Assembly (NCBI GenBank): GCA_964247055.1
Contig: OZ176052.1
Location: 10,354,001 to 10,418,000, forward strand
DNA length: 64,000 bases
Origin: Paragordius varius
Taxonomy: Eukaryota; Animalia; Nematomorpha
Reading direction: 5' to 3'
Below the pieces are notes generated by a model. The model saw only the letters and a list, made by a program, of their open reading frames with translations. It did not search any database and had not been told where the DNA came from. Below are positions 12,377 through 27,115 of the stretch, piece by piece; within the stretch, counting starts at the first letter, position 1; the number at the start of each line of letters is the position of its first letter. Position numbers and translations under genes: made by a program.

Positions 12377-13591
12377 TAGAGTAACCAGATGTCCCGCTTT
12401 TGGCGGGATAGTCCTGATTTCTCAAAACTTGTCCCACGCGTTTTTAAAAAGTCCCGACTTTTGGAATCCAGTTAAATTTTAAAGTAAAATCATTGTTTTG
12501 CGCTCGTGTTCGTAGCGGAAGTTAAATATCAGAACATACTTGAATATTGTAAAACGCGTTGGTTAGCACTTATGGCAGCTATCGAAAAAATTTGGAAAAT
12601 GTATGATCCCTTTAAATCCTACTTTCTACCACAAGACAAATGTCCTAAAATTTTAGTAATGAGACAAAATCAAGCTGCTTTTTTCAAAACATCATTAAAC
12701 TTTTTGGTGATAAAATCAAATTTTATAATTTAAAATATCAATGTCAAGGAGGTTAGTAAATAATTGTCTCCCGTTTACTATTCGCAATGATATAAACGAG
12801 CTCGAAGAGCAAGGTCAATAAATTGTCAGGATTTTTATGAACCATATAAATATAAATGGTTTTTTATATTAACTGCAAAGATTATTTAGAAGACTGTGCG
12901 GTACAATTTCGATATTAATTTTCGGATTACATAAAAACCAATTGATACGATGTGAAAATCATTTGATAATATTACTAAAAAATTCTTGAATATAATTTCT
13001 GAAAATGATTTATATAATGAAGTGTCATTATTTAAAAATTATGGATAAGGAAAAGCTCTAATATTGGGCAAAATAGTAGTGAACAATGGTTGGAAACATA
13101 TCATTTTGTTAACTATGTTTTTTACAATAATGTTTTGAAAATTGTGAATTTGCACTATCTTTGCCTGGAACTAACGCTGAGACTGAAAGCGTTTTCTCCA
13201 CAGTAAATTAAGTGTGAACATCAGAAAAATTAAATTAAATATTGAAACTCTGAAAGCCATTTGATGTGTCAAAAATTATTTAACTGATTCTTGTGAAGAC
13301 TTTTATATATTTTAAAAATGATAACAACCTGCTCAAACGAATCCAATCAAATAAAAAATATATCAAGGAATAACTATAAGATATTTTTTTTATACATATA
13401 AATTGTACTTTTTGCTCAAACGAATCACTAAATAAATATATATCAAGGAATAAAATATAATACATTTTTTTTACTTATAAATTGTCCTTAATTTAAAAAT
13501 AAATATTACGATTTTACTTTTGTATATAGAAAGTAACCCCCCTTTCCTTTAGAGTTGTGCCACTTTGTCCATTTTAAATTTTAGTCACCTA
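12377..13591 (+). mobile_element. Degenerate hAT (Blackjack-like) transposon
   Basis: Ends TAGAGTAACCAGATGTCCCG and ...TTAGTCACCTA, typical of TAGGGTGACC Blackjack termini. Transposase remnants YCKTRWLA, QDKCPKIL and hAT dimerisation region FALSLPGTNAETESVFS, with stops and frameshifts. No clear 8 bp TSD. Confidence 0.8.
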
Positions 13592-14014
13592 ATTATCATT
13601 CGCTTTCAGGATATCGAAATGATATATGCGGTATACTAAATGGGATTTTTAATATATCTTCTATTAGTTAAAATCGGAAAATTCCATTATGGCACATTAG
13701 GTCGAATAAAATTATATAAAATAAAGGAACTCACTTCCACTAAATTTTGTTTGTTAATACTAAAAAATATTATTGAATGATTTTACATTTTTGAAGGGTC
13801 TTTAAAGGACTTATATGAATTGAAGATTAAAAGTCGCACGTTGTACCAAATCCTTCTATTATGCGGTTAATACTTCATTTTTAATGATCATATATTTAAT
13901 AAATCATATAAGTTTATCCAATATATTGTGAAAAAATAATTTAGGGCTAATATAGAAAAGAAATTTTGACAATTTACACCAAAGAAGTAGCGTATTTTAT
14001 TAAAAACCTCTATA

Positions 14015-14642
14015 CACAGTGTCCACCAAAAAACCTGATGTCTAGTAGGAAAATAGGATTATGGCTTTTGGTTTTGTATTACAAGTAATATAAGCAAGTT
14101 ATTTACGCTTGTGGTAAGTGCACCATATTAGAATGGAAAAAATATCACAAACTAGATAAAAAAGAAAAATAATATTTTTTTAAAAAATTAATTTTTAGTT
14201 GTGGGCTTCGAAAGTCCCTTTGCTCTTCTAAAATAGGCTAGTTTTAAAATAAAACCAAAGTGCCGAGATTAAATATATGCTGAATTTTGATATCAAGTAA
14301 AAATATTTTAAAAAAATCCATACTTTTTTCAAAAACTTGCAAAATATTGTTGAAGCGTATTTCATACTATTTTGAAGCATTATGGAAACAGTATAAAAAA
14401 AATTTAAGTCATTATAAAAACACTTATTCTATATAATTCGATGATGCCGAGTATTTTTATCACCTCAGAATTTCAAAAATTAGTCCGTTTTAAAGATTAT
14501 GATAAGACGAATTTGTTTTTTACATTCATTTGAAAGTAAATGAACCTTCAAATTATAATTTTGAAGCTATAGAAATGTTCCGCATCCTAATCGAAAAAGT
14601 CTTTTTATAATGTCTTAAAGCATTTTACCGTTTCTATCATGC
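14015..14642 (+). mobile_element. Left half of a ~1 kb palindromic Tc1-like MITE, cut by the duplication junction
   Basis: Starts TA|CACAGTGTCCACCAAAAAACCTGATG. The unit-2 counterpart (27116-28110) continues into an inverted right arm. Confidence 0.6.
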
Positions 14643-14756
14643 TTTGAAGGAAAAAGCGGGACAAATCTGAGAAAGGGAGGCAGGGGGGTCCAACCAAAAA
14701 TTTTTATACAAAAAATTTATTGTAATATTTATTTATTTTTAACACAAATATATTAT

Positions 14757-14813
<57 letters not shown>

Positions 14814-15565
14814 GGATATTTTTTATTGAGGGAATGCGTTTTAGCAGATTGTCATCCTTTTATAAAATATAAGTCTTCACAAGAATTTGTTAAATTATAT
14901 TTGACAGATAAAATGGCCTTTAAAGTTTCGACATAATTTGATTTTTCCGATGTCCACACCTGATTTAGTGTGGAAAAACGCGCTCAGTAGCAGCGTTGGT
15001 TTCAGGTAAAGATAGTGCCAATTCCCAATTTGTAACTTATGATTGTATGGAACATAGTTTGTTTCAAAATGATGAAATATTTCTAACAATTTCTTTTGTT
15101 TATAATTTAAGTTTGTCATTATTAATATATTTTTTAACTCTAGAAAAAGGATCATTTTCTGAGAGATTACTTTTTGGGAATTTTTGAGAGATGCAGATGT
15201 AATCAAATGATTTGAGCATCGCACCAATTAAATTCTGGTTTTAATGTTATCCAATGATCATTGGATTGCAGCGTCTAGTCTTCCAAATAATCTTTACAGT
15301 TTGTGTAACATTTTCATATGGTACAGGATATAAGCTTTGTTTTTGTAAATTATTTATAATATTGCGGATGGTTAATAATATAAAATTACCTTTCTTGACA
15401 TTGGAATTTCAGGTTACCAACTTCATTGGATACTTTGATTGTCGAAATTTTGTTACCTTCTACCAATTCAATGATATGATAAAGAGAGAAGCTTGATTAT
15501 CTAGGAATAACTATATTTTTGAAGAATCGCTTTCAAAAAACTTTTCGAAAGTTGTAGGACATTTG
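14643..15565 (-). mobile_element. Inverted hAT-Blackjack fragment at the unit 1/unit 2 junction
   Basis: Minus strand gives DKCP... and ALSLPETNAATERVF/STLNQVWTSEKS..VETLKAILSVKYN (frameshifted). This is followed by a subterminal sequence like that of 12377-13591 but lacking the final TIR. Confidence 0.75.
14755..14810. repeat. (TA)n microsatellite (others at ~5268, ~16966, ~18812, ~35865, ~38278, ~50200)
   Basis: Pure TA runs read directly. Confidence 0.95.
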
Positions 15566-15572
15566 TCCAGTT

Positions 15573-16959
15573 ATACAATGGCGTATTTTTAGGTCATAAA
15601 GGCCTTAAATTAACGGCAAAAACGCCTGACCTTATTTTACCTAGTTACAGGTAATATTTTAAGCTTTCAAGGAGACCATGTGGCTTCATAAATTATCTAT
15701 AAATTAGCTCCAAAACAAATCAATTTTTAGCGGGTAGCTCCTTATCCAGGGGCAGGTATAAATAAGCGTTGGCAAAATTTTTGCCTTTATATGGGGAATA
15801 TCTGGAATTAGGATTCCATATGTTCCTATTAGTTTCATAGGTTATCTGAAATTCGGCTCCAAAGGCAGGTTATATCGATATGGTGATGCAGTTTTAGGGG
15901 GTAGCCCTCTAATCAGGGGTGAAACAAAAAAACGCTCAATTAAAATTTTTGCCTTAATTCGCTCAAAAAGTCATTCTATGGCGGCGCATTTTTTAGGGCA
16001 ATAGCCTAATTAAGGGGTAATAAAAAAACCACTCTACTTAAATTTTTGCCTTTTACGGGTTATATTTCAGGCCCTTATAAAACTTATATGGCCTGATAAG
16101 TTTTCTGAAACTTAAGTTGTAAACAACTCAATTTCGATATTGTGGCACAGTATTATCCGCGGGTAGTTAACTACCAGAGGTTGATACAAAAAGCGCTTGA
16201 TTAAAATTTTTTGTCTTTTTACGGTGAATACCTGGAATCATGATTGATTCCATATGATCTCATTAGTTAAAATTGTCTCAAAACTAAAAAATCATTCTAT
16301 GGTGGCGCATTTTTTCAGGGCGTTAGGGGCCTAATTAACAGTTAATTAAAACCACACAACCTAAAAGTTTGCCCTGTTACGTATTTTAAGCACCTATTTA
16401 ACTTATATGGCCTGATAGGTTTTCTGAAATTTAGCCCCGAAGGCAGGATATTTCCATATGACGTGGCAGTTTTTAGCGGGCTCCATACCCAGCAGCCAAT
16501 ATAAAAAACGCATCATAAAAATTTTGCCTTTTATCAGGGAATACCTGGAATCCTCATTGAATTATAACGGTCTCATGCCTTAGGCGAAAAATAGAAAAAT
16601 TATTTTTGTTGACTTTTTTTTTATAAAAAATGGCATTTTACGGAGATAGCGGGTAAAAAGAGGGACTAAAAATAAAAAAGAGATCCGACTATGCTCGCGC
16701 AATCGAAAAAAATAATAAAAAATCATATTTAAAATCTAATGATCCAACAGGTTTTCCGGAAAATTTCATCGACAATTTATGTGGACTTGTTTTCAAAAAA
16801 AACCAGTTTTTTACACGGGGTGGGCCCGAACTGTGGGCCTATTCAAAAAAGGAGAAGCTATTGTCGCATTCATCAATGATTATATTTTTTCGACATTTGG
16901 GTTTGAATGGGTCTCCCGGTTTTTCGGAAACAGATCACAAAGTTAGCATTTTCCATTTT

Positions 16960-16970
<11 letters not shown>
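15573..16970 (+). mobile_element. Helitron-like element, 5'-truncated by the junction
   Basis: Matches 1893-3401 including the 3' end CAGATCACAAAGTTAGCATTTTCC. Confidence 0.6.
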
Positions 16971-16990
<20 letters not shown>

Positions 16991-18809
16991 TTAATGTTCT
17001 CTTTACTGTAAATTGAAGAAAAAAATACCGTACATCTTTTTTTATTGTATAATTCATCCCAGATCAGAGGTTTGTTATTAATTGAGTTGTTGATATTAGG
17101 TTTAATTACATGAAATGTTAACAAAATACAATATTTTAAAGAGCAATTTCCTAAATAAAATTTTTATTACAATAAAAGAATATATATTTAATATATAGTA
17201 AAGATTTATAAAATAAAATGATTTATTATAAAAAACTATCTTTTTCGTGTGGCATTGCTACCGTTCCCCTAAACAACTGAAGTTTTACGGAACACTCAAC
17301 TTTTAAAAAGGGATTCATTTCCGAGTTACCGTTTACCTTATCAGGGTTAAAGCCTCTTTGCACTCTTTGCGAACGGATAGTCATCTTAAAGTAAAAAGGT
17401 ATTTAATGGCTTTAGTTAGTTCTTTCAGATTTAAAAGGCAAACGATCTTGCCGAATTGACCAGCACATTGTTAATAAAATTGTCTCATTCCTTTAGTGGA
17501 AACATACAGAAATCACCGAACCATTATTTACACTTATAATTCAATATGTCTTAGCAGACGAATTTCATAAATTTACACATGTTAACACTTCATTTGAATT
17601 TTATATTTTCTAACCGTTGGGCTAGTTTTTTTAAAGTGGTAAACAAACTACCGCTTTGAAACTTATTTTGCTTAATTTAATTTCAGACTCTTTTCACTGT
17701 ATATAGAACACTTGGAATTTTTACAGCTCAAGTTCTAGAGGCCCGAATTCGGTTAACTCCAAACAAATTGAAATCAACAAAAATCATAAATAACAAATTT
17801 GAGTAAAATGTAATTTTGTACTTTCTTAATTTATAAAAACAAGATATGTGAGAATCGGAAAAAAACGGAAAATCATTCCGTTTCCAAATTAAAATTTTAA
17901 ATCATTTATAAATACGCCGACATTATAAGTTTTTTTTGAATTAGGCCCTCAATTCCCACCAGTAAAAATCGGTTTTTTGGAAAAAACAGGTCGCTAGAAT
18001 TTAAAATTTGAACGATGTTTCCATAAAACGTGTGGGTTTATTAAGTTTAAATAGTATACTTTTTAATATTTATAAATGCGCCGAGAATGACTAAACCCTT
18101 TTTTAAATTAAACTCAGTTAGCCCCACACTATGAAAGTTTTGGAAAAATTGTTGACTGTGGCACACAATACCGAAGTGTGGGCACAGTTATTTTCAAAAT
18201 GATTTTAATTGTTTTACAACTGCGTCGAAAGTGTTGCCCTTGTAAATTATCCCCTCAATATAGCACTGAAAATAGGGATTTTAAGATATAATTATTGTTG
18301 CAGCAATTTTCAAAAAAACTTGTAGGCCCATGCAAATTTAATAGTGTACTTTTACATTGTTTTGCTTTTCAAATAGCCACTCAATGAGGTTCCACCCGTA
18401 ATGAATTCTTTATAAGTTAAGCACTTTTCTAGAAACGTGTAGACGCAGTTAGTTTGAATAATATTTTTTTAAGTTGTTTTTCATTTCACGGATAATTACT
18501 AGTTTTTTAATTAGCCCCTTAGTTCTACCCTCTCCATGTATAATTTTTGATTTTTGGCTTGGAAACATCAATCCGCAAAATGGGTGGACACATAATTTAG
18601 ATTTTTTAATGAATTAAAATTTATATTATAATATTCCATATTTTTATAATATTTGATTTAAAACAGACATGGGGTCATCATACCTCAGTTATATGTAAGA
18701 GTTGTGCGATTCGTATTCAAGTGATAAGATTAAAAATTTAATTAGTTGTAAATTCAAATCACGAAATTAGTATACGATTGATTACTAATGACAAATTCCC
18801 TACGTAATA

Positions 18810-18846
<37 letters not shown>

Positions 18847-18850
<4 letters not shown>

Positions 18851-20790
18851 GTAAATCTCGTGCTGTACGCAGCCCGAGGAAGTCCTTCGAACTTCTGGGG
18901 GGCTATTTGAATAAAGGGACAATAAAATGATTCATATATGTAGATTATTTCAAATCATTATTTAATAGCTATGATTTCATAGGATTTAAACTGTGCATTC
19001 ATACTAATATATTGTTTATTGGTGTAAAGGCCCCAAATTGACCGCTAACGGAAAAATATAATTTTACCTTTTTATGGGTAATATTTGAAGCCTTTATTGA
19101 ACTCCTATGGCTTCTTAAGTTTTTTGAAAAATAGCTCCAAAGTCACGCCATTTTTGTATGGCGTCTCGGTTTTAAACCGGTAGACCCCTACCCATAGGCC
19201 TATATGGAAAAAGCGATAAGATAAATTTTTTGCATTTATAGGGAAAATATATGGAATCATCTTTGAGACCATCGTCTCATGGGTTCGAAACCTCAACACT
19301 AAATATCGTTACATGATGGCGTATTTTTAGGACATAAAGGCCCCAAATTAACGGATAATAAAAAAGACATGACCTTAGTTTTTACCTAGTTACGGGTAAT
19401 ATTTGGAACTTTAAATGAGCTCATATGGCATAAGTTTTAATTTAGTTCCAAAAGAACGCAATTTTTATGTAGTAGCACAGTTTTTGGCGAGTACCTACCC
19501 AGAGGCAGGTATAAAAAGGCGTCGGGCAAAATTTTTGTCTTAATATGGGGAATATCTGGAATTATAATGTCAATATGTTCCTATAAGTTCTTGGAAATAT
19601 GGCTAAACCAAAATATTGTTCTATGGCGGCAAATATTTTAGTGCGTAAAACTTTTCTCAGCGACTCATTGAAATAACCCCCTATACTAAAATTGTTTTTC
19701 AAGGGGTATAAATATTTTAGGCCCTTATTGAACTCACATAGTCTCATAAGTTTTCGGAAATTTGGCTCCAAGGGCATGCTGTATCGATATGGTGATGCAT
19801 TTTTACACCGGTAGCCCCCTACCCAGAGCTTATTTAACCACTAATTTAAAAAACCTATCGATTTAAAATTTTGCGTTTTTACGGGTAATATTTCAGGCCC
19901 TTATAAAACTTATATGGCCTGATAAGTTTTCTAAAAATTATCTCCTAAACAACGCTATTATTATATGGTAGCGCAGTTGTAGGCGGGTAGCTTTTCAGAG
20001 GATGATAAAAAAGCGCTTGATTAAAATTTTTGCCTTTTTACGGAGAATACATGGAATCATGATTGATTCCATATGCTTTCATTAGTTATCGGAAAAATTG
20101 CCTCACTATTACAAAAATATTCTATGGTGGCGCATTTTTTAGGGCGTAAAGGGCCTAATTAACGGCTAAAAAAACCGTACCACCTAGGTTTTTGCCTTTT
20201 TACGGATAATACTTTGAGCACGGATTGTACTCATATGGCCTGATAGGTTTTCTGAAACATAGTCCCAAAAGCACACTAGTTCGATATGACGGGTCAGTTT
20301 TTAGCGGGTATCTCCTTACCCAGCAGCTATCATCAAAGAAACGCTTGATTATGATTTTTGCCTTTTAACAGAGAATACCTGAAATCCTTATTTTTTACGG
20401 TCTCATGCTTTGGGCAAAATATAGATTCAAAAAATTATTTTTGTGGACTTAATTTTTAAAAAAACAGTGGCATTTTACGAGGGGAGCGGGTAAAAAGAGG
20501 GCCTAAATTAAAAAGGCGAGCCGACTATGTTCGGGGAAATCAAATATGTAAAAAAATCATATTTGAAATCGAATGGTCCAACACGTTTTCCGGAGTCTCA
20601 AAGAGACCATTTTTGTGGACTATTGTTTTTTACACGGGGTGGGCCCGAAGTAGGGACCTAATTAAAAGGGCAAAGCTATTGTCGGGGCATTCAATGATTA
20701 TATTTTTTCAACATTTGGATTTGAATGGGTATACCGGTTTACCGGAAAATGATCACAAAGTCAGCATTTTCCATTTTTATAAATATAGAT
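18847..20790 (+). mobile_element. Helitron-like element, paralogue of 5293-7246
   Basis: Same 5' end after (TA)n; 3' end ...ATTTTTATAAATATAGAT. Confidence 0.6.
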
Positions 20791-21257
20791 TATATCATTT
20801 TACACATTTTCATAAATTTTGTTTGACAGATTTTAAATAAACATTATATCAATTATATTACTTTTTAATCTGAATATCAATTTAAAATTAATTTATTACT
20901 AATTCATTATGCATTTTTATGTAATGTTATACAAATTAGTTTATGAACTGTTCTAATTTATTTAGTCTAGAGTTGTTTAAATTAAAAAGGATTTTTAACA
21001 GAAAAAACATATTTTAAACTTTTAACGAGGTTAAACCTAAAACTGCACCGAACGGCACTGTTAACAAACTATTGACATTGAAACAATATGCAACAGAAAA
21101 TATTTATTTTTTTTGATATTCCTCCAATAATCATATCAATCACAACTATTTATAAATACAAATAGATGTTTAATTATATATTTTTTATTTTGCTAAACCC
21201 ATAATTTATGCCCAATTTTGCATTTTAGTGAATCTACTAGTTAAATTTTCCTATTTA

Positions 21258-24200
21258 TTAGGGTATAACTAAATCTCCCAGCTCTTCTTTAATATAATCG
21301 GCATATTTTCCCACCACATAATATGGCTGTTCTTTGCGTTGACACAATGTATCTTTCCGTATAGCATAAAGAGTGTCTGCTTGCTTAATACTACGGCTGC
21401 AAATCAAAGGCATTCCCAGATCATTCTAAATGTCCATATAAATTTTTATTTTAAAATGTTAAATTAAGCACCAATTTTCGTTTTTATTTATGTGCAAAAT
21501 TTTAGTCATAATAATAACATAATAAATATTCAATCGATATTAATTTAGAGTCAAGATACTTGGCATTCATAATCGTAATCTTCCACATCAGTATTTCTAA
21601 CAACGATGATTTCGGAAACATTTGTGGCAAGTATTTGTCTTGGGCGAATTCGGTGATATTCCCGATCCGTGTTTTGAGATATGGTTTTTCTACTTGGGTA
21701 GAAAACTAAATTAAAAAAATGTAGAGAATACAAAAATATTTTACAAAAAATTTTTAACTTTTATTTAAACTTAAATCTTACGTGATTCTACTTTATTTGT
21801 CCAAGGCTGATATACGCCATATCTGTACATATCGCAGGCGGTATATGCATCAAACCGAACAACTAAGGAAAGTGGTGAGACATCCTGTTCTCGTTTAAGC
21901 ACTACTAATGATAAAGGATTGTTTTTGGGCCCGTTTACAATACGTTCCACTTCAAGGTTTAAATTTTCTAGAGTGTATCCTCCTTGGATTGAAATATTTT
22001 CTGGTCTATATAATTAGGATTAATCTTATAATATAAAAAACTATTTCGTTATCTTTCATATGAATTATAAAAAACCAATTTTGATGAAACAATATATATT
22101 TTAAAAATTGGTATAAGATTTAAACACATAATTATTACCGAACGTCTTCCACACATTCTTTCAATGTTAGGATGTGTTTTTTGGAAACATAGCTCCCCTG
22201 ACAGTTTTTGGATGGGAGGACAAGTTTCACCTATTAAAAAAATTTATTGATTTCAAACACTATGCGTAAATTTTGATCTAAACAATCTTTCTCTCTATAT
22301 AAATGATATTTCGATTTGAAATAAATGGAAGTTTTGGACAACCTAATCAAAATATCATGATTCAGACTCACCATTAAAAATATAAAATTAATGTTGGCGT
22401 TTCATTATTATTTCATTATCTTTTGGTAGTTTTAGACTCCAGGGCGATTTTGAATTTAGATTATATTAAAAAATAAAAAATATTGAGCCAAAATGCATTC
22501 TTTAGCCTTTTAGGCGCATGACTTAATTTTACTTAAATAATCCTCATTTCGAATTTTACCTTTCCTTTTTTTAAATCGTACAATATATATTTAACTTTAG
22601 AGTTATTTTAATAAAATTTTTGCATCAATTATATTTATTAATTTAAAATTAGCTGCCTGTTTCATTCGGTTTTTGGAACCATTACAATTTTGGACTTGAT
22701 AAAAAAAACTGTAAAAAAATATATGCATTACATAAGAGAACGTTTGAAAATTTAATTATAGGCAAAACAACGTTCAAAACAGTAGTTTTATTACTATTTT
22801 AAGTGGCGTACAAAACTATCCCAAAATGAATTCGTTCGCAAAATTTTTATTTTTTTGAATCAGATAATTAATTATAAATTAATATTTTCGGATTTGCACA
22901 TCAAATCCTGATATTATACAGGAAATGTGATAATAGCTCATATGATTAACACTTAATTTTAACTAAATAAGTCAATTATTAGTATAAAAATTGTATTTTA
23001 TTGTTGAGATCTTATCGCTTTAATGATTCTGTTTTAGGTCATTATTTACAATTTAAGTAACTAGGAGTTTAGTTTATGAAGTTTGTTTTTATACAGTGTT
23101 ATATAAATTTACCCCAGGATTGAAAAAAAATATATTACATGGTAAGGTTTATCCTCGTAAGATTTTACGTAATCATTTTGATCCCTTGGGGGATCGGGTA
23201 GAAAGTAGCCTAAAACATAATATAATATTCATATTTAAAATTATGTTATACATTAAAATTGTCATTGGTTACGAGTGCATTCATTTAAACGGTAGCACAA
23301 AATTAGGAGTCTAAAAAATGTGCTGTGATAAATATATTTTGATAAAAATATATCAAGATTTTCATGGTGCTTTTGATCTAAGAGTTTTACGAGTCCTTTG
23401 AGAAAGTTATTTACACTTATATGGTAATTGTTCAATATTTGATAATCACGAGCACCTAATAGTTAAATTAATTTTTTTATTTTGAATATTTATATCTGAT
23501 CGCCGAAAGTCTCCTATTTTTTAACTTCGCTAAATGCCCCAAATTTCTTTTAATGCCAGATTATGACATTAAAATAAATTATTTGTAAAAAGGAATACAG
23601 TTATTACAATTTACAAATAGCCTAAAATTATACAGTTAGGTGTTTATTAAAACTCAGATTAGAATATTTTTTCATTCAACATACTATAAACACAAAAAAA
23701 TTTATGATATTACATTTAAATATTTTTGTTATTTTTTGTTTGCTAAATTAACAATTATAATAACATTCATATTTTTACAGTAAAAATAAATAAAAATAAA
23801 TTTAATAAAATGTTGTTTTTTATTTTATTTTTTATCATCTGGTTTATGAATGTATAATAAACTTACAATGTTTTTAAAATTCACCTGAGCGGGAGTTACA
23901 AAGTATGTAAATTAATACAAAATAAAATTTAAAAGTTGTGGATATCAACCGAAAATCCGTACAAATCCACGTAAAAATATTAATTTGTGTTAATTTACTG
24001 GGATACGGATTGTTGGTTGTTAATCCTATATTGTAATAATTTATATACTTAATTCTCGCTCATGTAAGATTTTTAAAAACAACAGTAAATTTATTATTCA
24101 CTCATAAACCAATAAATTAAAAATAATATTTTTTTTGATATATAATTTTTTTTACTGTATTATGAATGTTAAGATTTTAATAGTGAGTTTGGCAAGTAAA

Positions 24201-24869
24201 TAAATAATTAATTTTGAGTTTCATGAAATTTTACGTATTAGGGATGTTAAAGGATTAACACGATGATATTGAGTTTTGACAAAAACCCTGACTATATTAT
24301 TTTAGATTATTTAAAAATTGTTATGACAAAATGATAAATCTTAATACCTTAAGTTATATGATTATTTATTTATTTTCCTTAAATTTTTTATGCCCAATTT
24401 CGATTTTCTCTCAAAATTTTTAAAACTGGAACATCAACAAATAAAAATTTTTGCGGGAAATGAATTTGGTTGTGTTAAAAAATTGTTAATCTTTTTTGCA
24501 CACAGAGTATTGATAAGATTTGCATGCTAGAGACTATTTAATAATTACAATATGGTGTAAAGCAGAATAAGAAGAACCGATTACATTCTTTTAAGTGGTT
24601 ATTAATAATTAATTGTTAGTAAATAAGTTTTTAATATATTATGATTCATTTTTAAACGGTATTCTTTAAAGCTGTAGAATCACGGTCATAAATAATATTG
24701 TTACAATATTACTCTAGTGGTTTTATTATCCATTTAAAAATAAAAACTCGGTTCCATTTAATGCAATACTCTTTATATTATATAATATATATATATATAT
24801 ATATATATTACCGCCCAAAGAATTTCCGATAACAAGTGACATCGTAATAATTAGCAAGGTCAAATTCAT
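21258..24869 (-). CDS. Secreted trypsin-fold serine protease homolog (catalytically dead), copy 2
   Basis: Exons 24869-24812, 23209-23139, 22230-22139, 22005-21782, 21705-21560, 21425-21258. Appears identical to copy 1 apart from an I-to-M change in the signal peptide. Confidence 0.9.
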
Positions 24870-25523
24870 TCGAAAAGGAAAAACTCAAATAAAATGATGC
24901 TAATAAAATTCTTTTTTTAGAGTGGCCTTTTAAAGTATTTGAGTACGCTACCTAAAAATTACGCAATCAATTTTTATCACCGTCCTTTTTACAGAAGCAA
25001 ATATAATGACATAAGTTATCATTATTTGCTATCGTATGTCGTCAATTTGTACCTTAAAATGCTTTAACAATTTACTCAATCCATAGAATTAGTGTAAAAC
25101 AAATAACCTCATTAATGGGTTTTATAACGTTTGATTCTTTAATGTATATGTCTCAACAAATATGTATGTGGCAAATGTTTATTTATTTAATACAAACACG
25201 TAACAGAAAAAATATGACCTTCTACCATAAAATATCATCCGACCATTACAGTCTTTTTGCCGATGCTCTTAATTAATGTATATAATAAATACTTATTTAA
25301 ATTTAATTGTAAATTGGATAAAAATATAATTTGTATTTTGGAATTACAAGATGTTTAGTTTAAATCTAGCATATTAAAAAATATAGTTAAACTGCATATC
25401 TTATGATAAATATGTAATTAATACATTAATATATAAGTATAAGCAATATTTAAATATAATCAAAAACTCTGCCATCATTGTGCCGTAATGGGGATCAAAA
25501 TATCTACGATTATGAATCGTATA

Positions 25524-26742
25524 TAGAGTAACCAGATGTCCCGCTTTTGGCGGGATAGTCCTGATTTCTCAAAACTTGTCCCACGCGTTTTTAAAAAGTC
25601 CCGACTTTTGGAATCCAGTTAAATTTTAAAGTAAAATCATTGTTTTGCACTCGTGTTCGTAGCGGAAGTTAAATATCAGAACATACTTGAATATTGTAAA
25701 ACGCGTTGGTTAGCACTTCTCAGCTATCGAAAAAATTTGGAAAATGTATGATCCCTTTAAATCCTACTTTCTACCACAAGACAAATGTCCTAAAATTTAA
25801 GTAATTAGACAAAATCAAGCTGCTTTTTTCAAAACATCATTAAACTTTTTGGTGATAAAATCAAATTATATAATTTAAAATAGCAATGTCAAGGAGGTTG
25901 GTACATAATTTTTTACCGTTTACTATTCGCAATGATATAAATGAGCTCGAAAAGCAAGGTGCAATAAATTGTCAGGATATCATGAACCATATAAAAGGTT
26001 TTTTATATTAACTGCAAAGATTATTTAGAAGACTGTACGGTACAGTTTTATGATATTGATTTTCGTTGGATTACATTAAAACCAATTGGTACGATGTTCG
26101 AAAACCATTTGATAATATTACTAAAAAATCTTGAATATAATTTCTGAAAATGATTTATTTAATGAAGTGTCATTTAAAAAATATATTGATAAGGAAAAGC
26201 TCTAATATTGGGCAAAAAATAATAATAGAGAACAATGATTGAAATATTACATCATTTTGTTACAAACTACGTTCCTTGCAATAATGTTTTGAAAATTGTG
26301 GAATTTGCACTATCTTTGCCTGGAACTAACGCTGAGACTGAAAGCGTTTATTCTACAGTAAATTAAGTGTGGACATCAGAAAAACTAAATTAAATATTGA
26401 AACTCCAAAAGCCATTTTATGTGTCAAATATTATTTAACTGATTCTTTTGAAGAATTTTATAATATTTTAAAAATGATAACAACCTGCTCAAATGAATTC
26501 AATCAAATAATAATCAAGAAATAACTATATGATATATTTTTTATACATATAAATTGTACTTTTTGCTCAAACGAAATCACTAAATAAATAATGCATTAAG
26601 GAATAAAATATAATACATTTTTTTTCTTATAAATTTTAATTTAAGAATAAAAAAGATTACGATTTTACTTTTGTAATGAGATATAAACACTCCTTCTCTT
26701 CAGAGTTGTCCCACTTTGTTCATTTTAAATTCTAGTCACCTA
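25524..26742 (+). mobile_element. Degenerate hAT (Blackjack-like) transposon, paralogue of 12377-13591
   Basis: Same termini and transposase remnants. Confidence 0.8.
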
Positions 26743-27115
26743 ATTATCATTCAAGGCTTTCAGGATATCGAAATGATATATGCCGTACACTGGAAAAAAT
26801 GTTTTAATTTATTTTCTATTAGCCAAAATCGGAAAATCCCATTATGGCACATTAATTCAAATAAAAATATATAAAGGAACTCGCGTCCACTAAATTTTGT
26901 TTGTTAATACTAACTCAATTAAAGATATTACATTATTTAAGGGTCTTTAAAGGACCTATATGAATTGAAGATTAAAAATCGCATTTGTACCAAATTAATC
27001 CTGCTATTATGCGGTTAAAGACTTCATTTTTAATGATCATATATTTAATAATGCATATGACCCAATATATTGTGAAATAATAATTTAGGGCTAATATAGA
27101 AAAGAAATTTTTGAC

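Larger units (their letters stand above)
1893..14642 (+). repeat. Segmental tandem duplication, unit 1
   Basis: Collinear with 15573-27680 throughout (Helitrons, protease-homolog gene, hAT relic, MITE). ACAATGGCGTATTTTTAGG at ~1893 matches ~15573; TTTTACCGTTTCTATCATGC at ~14623-14642 matches ~27661-27680. Confidence 0.92.
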
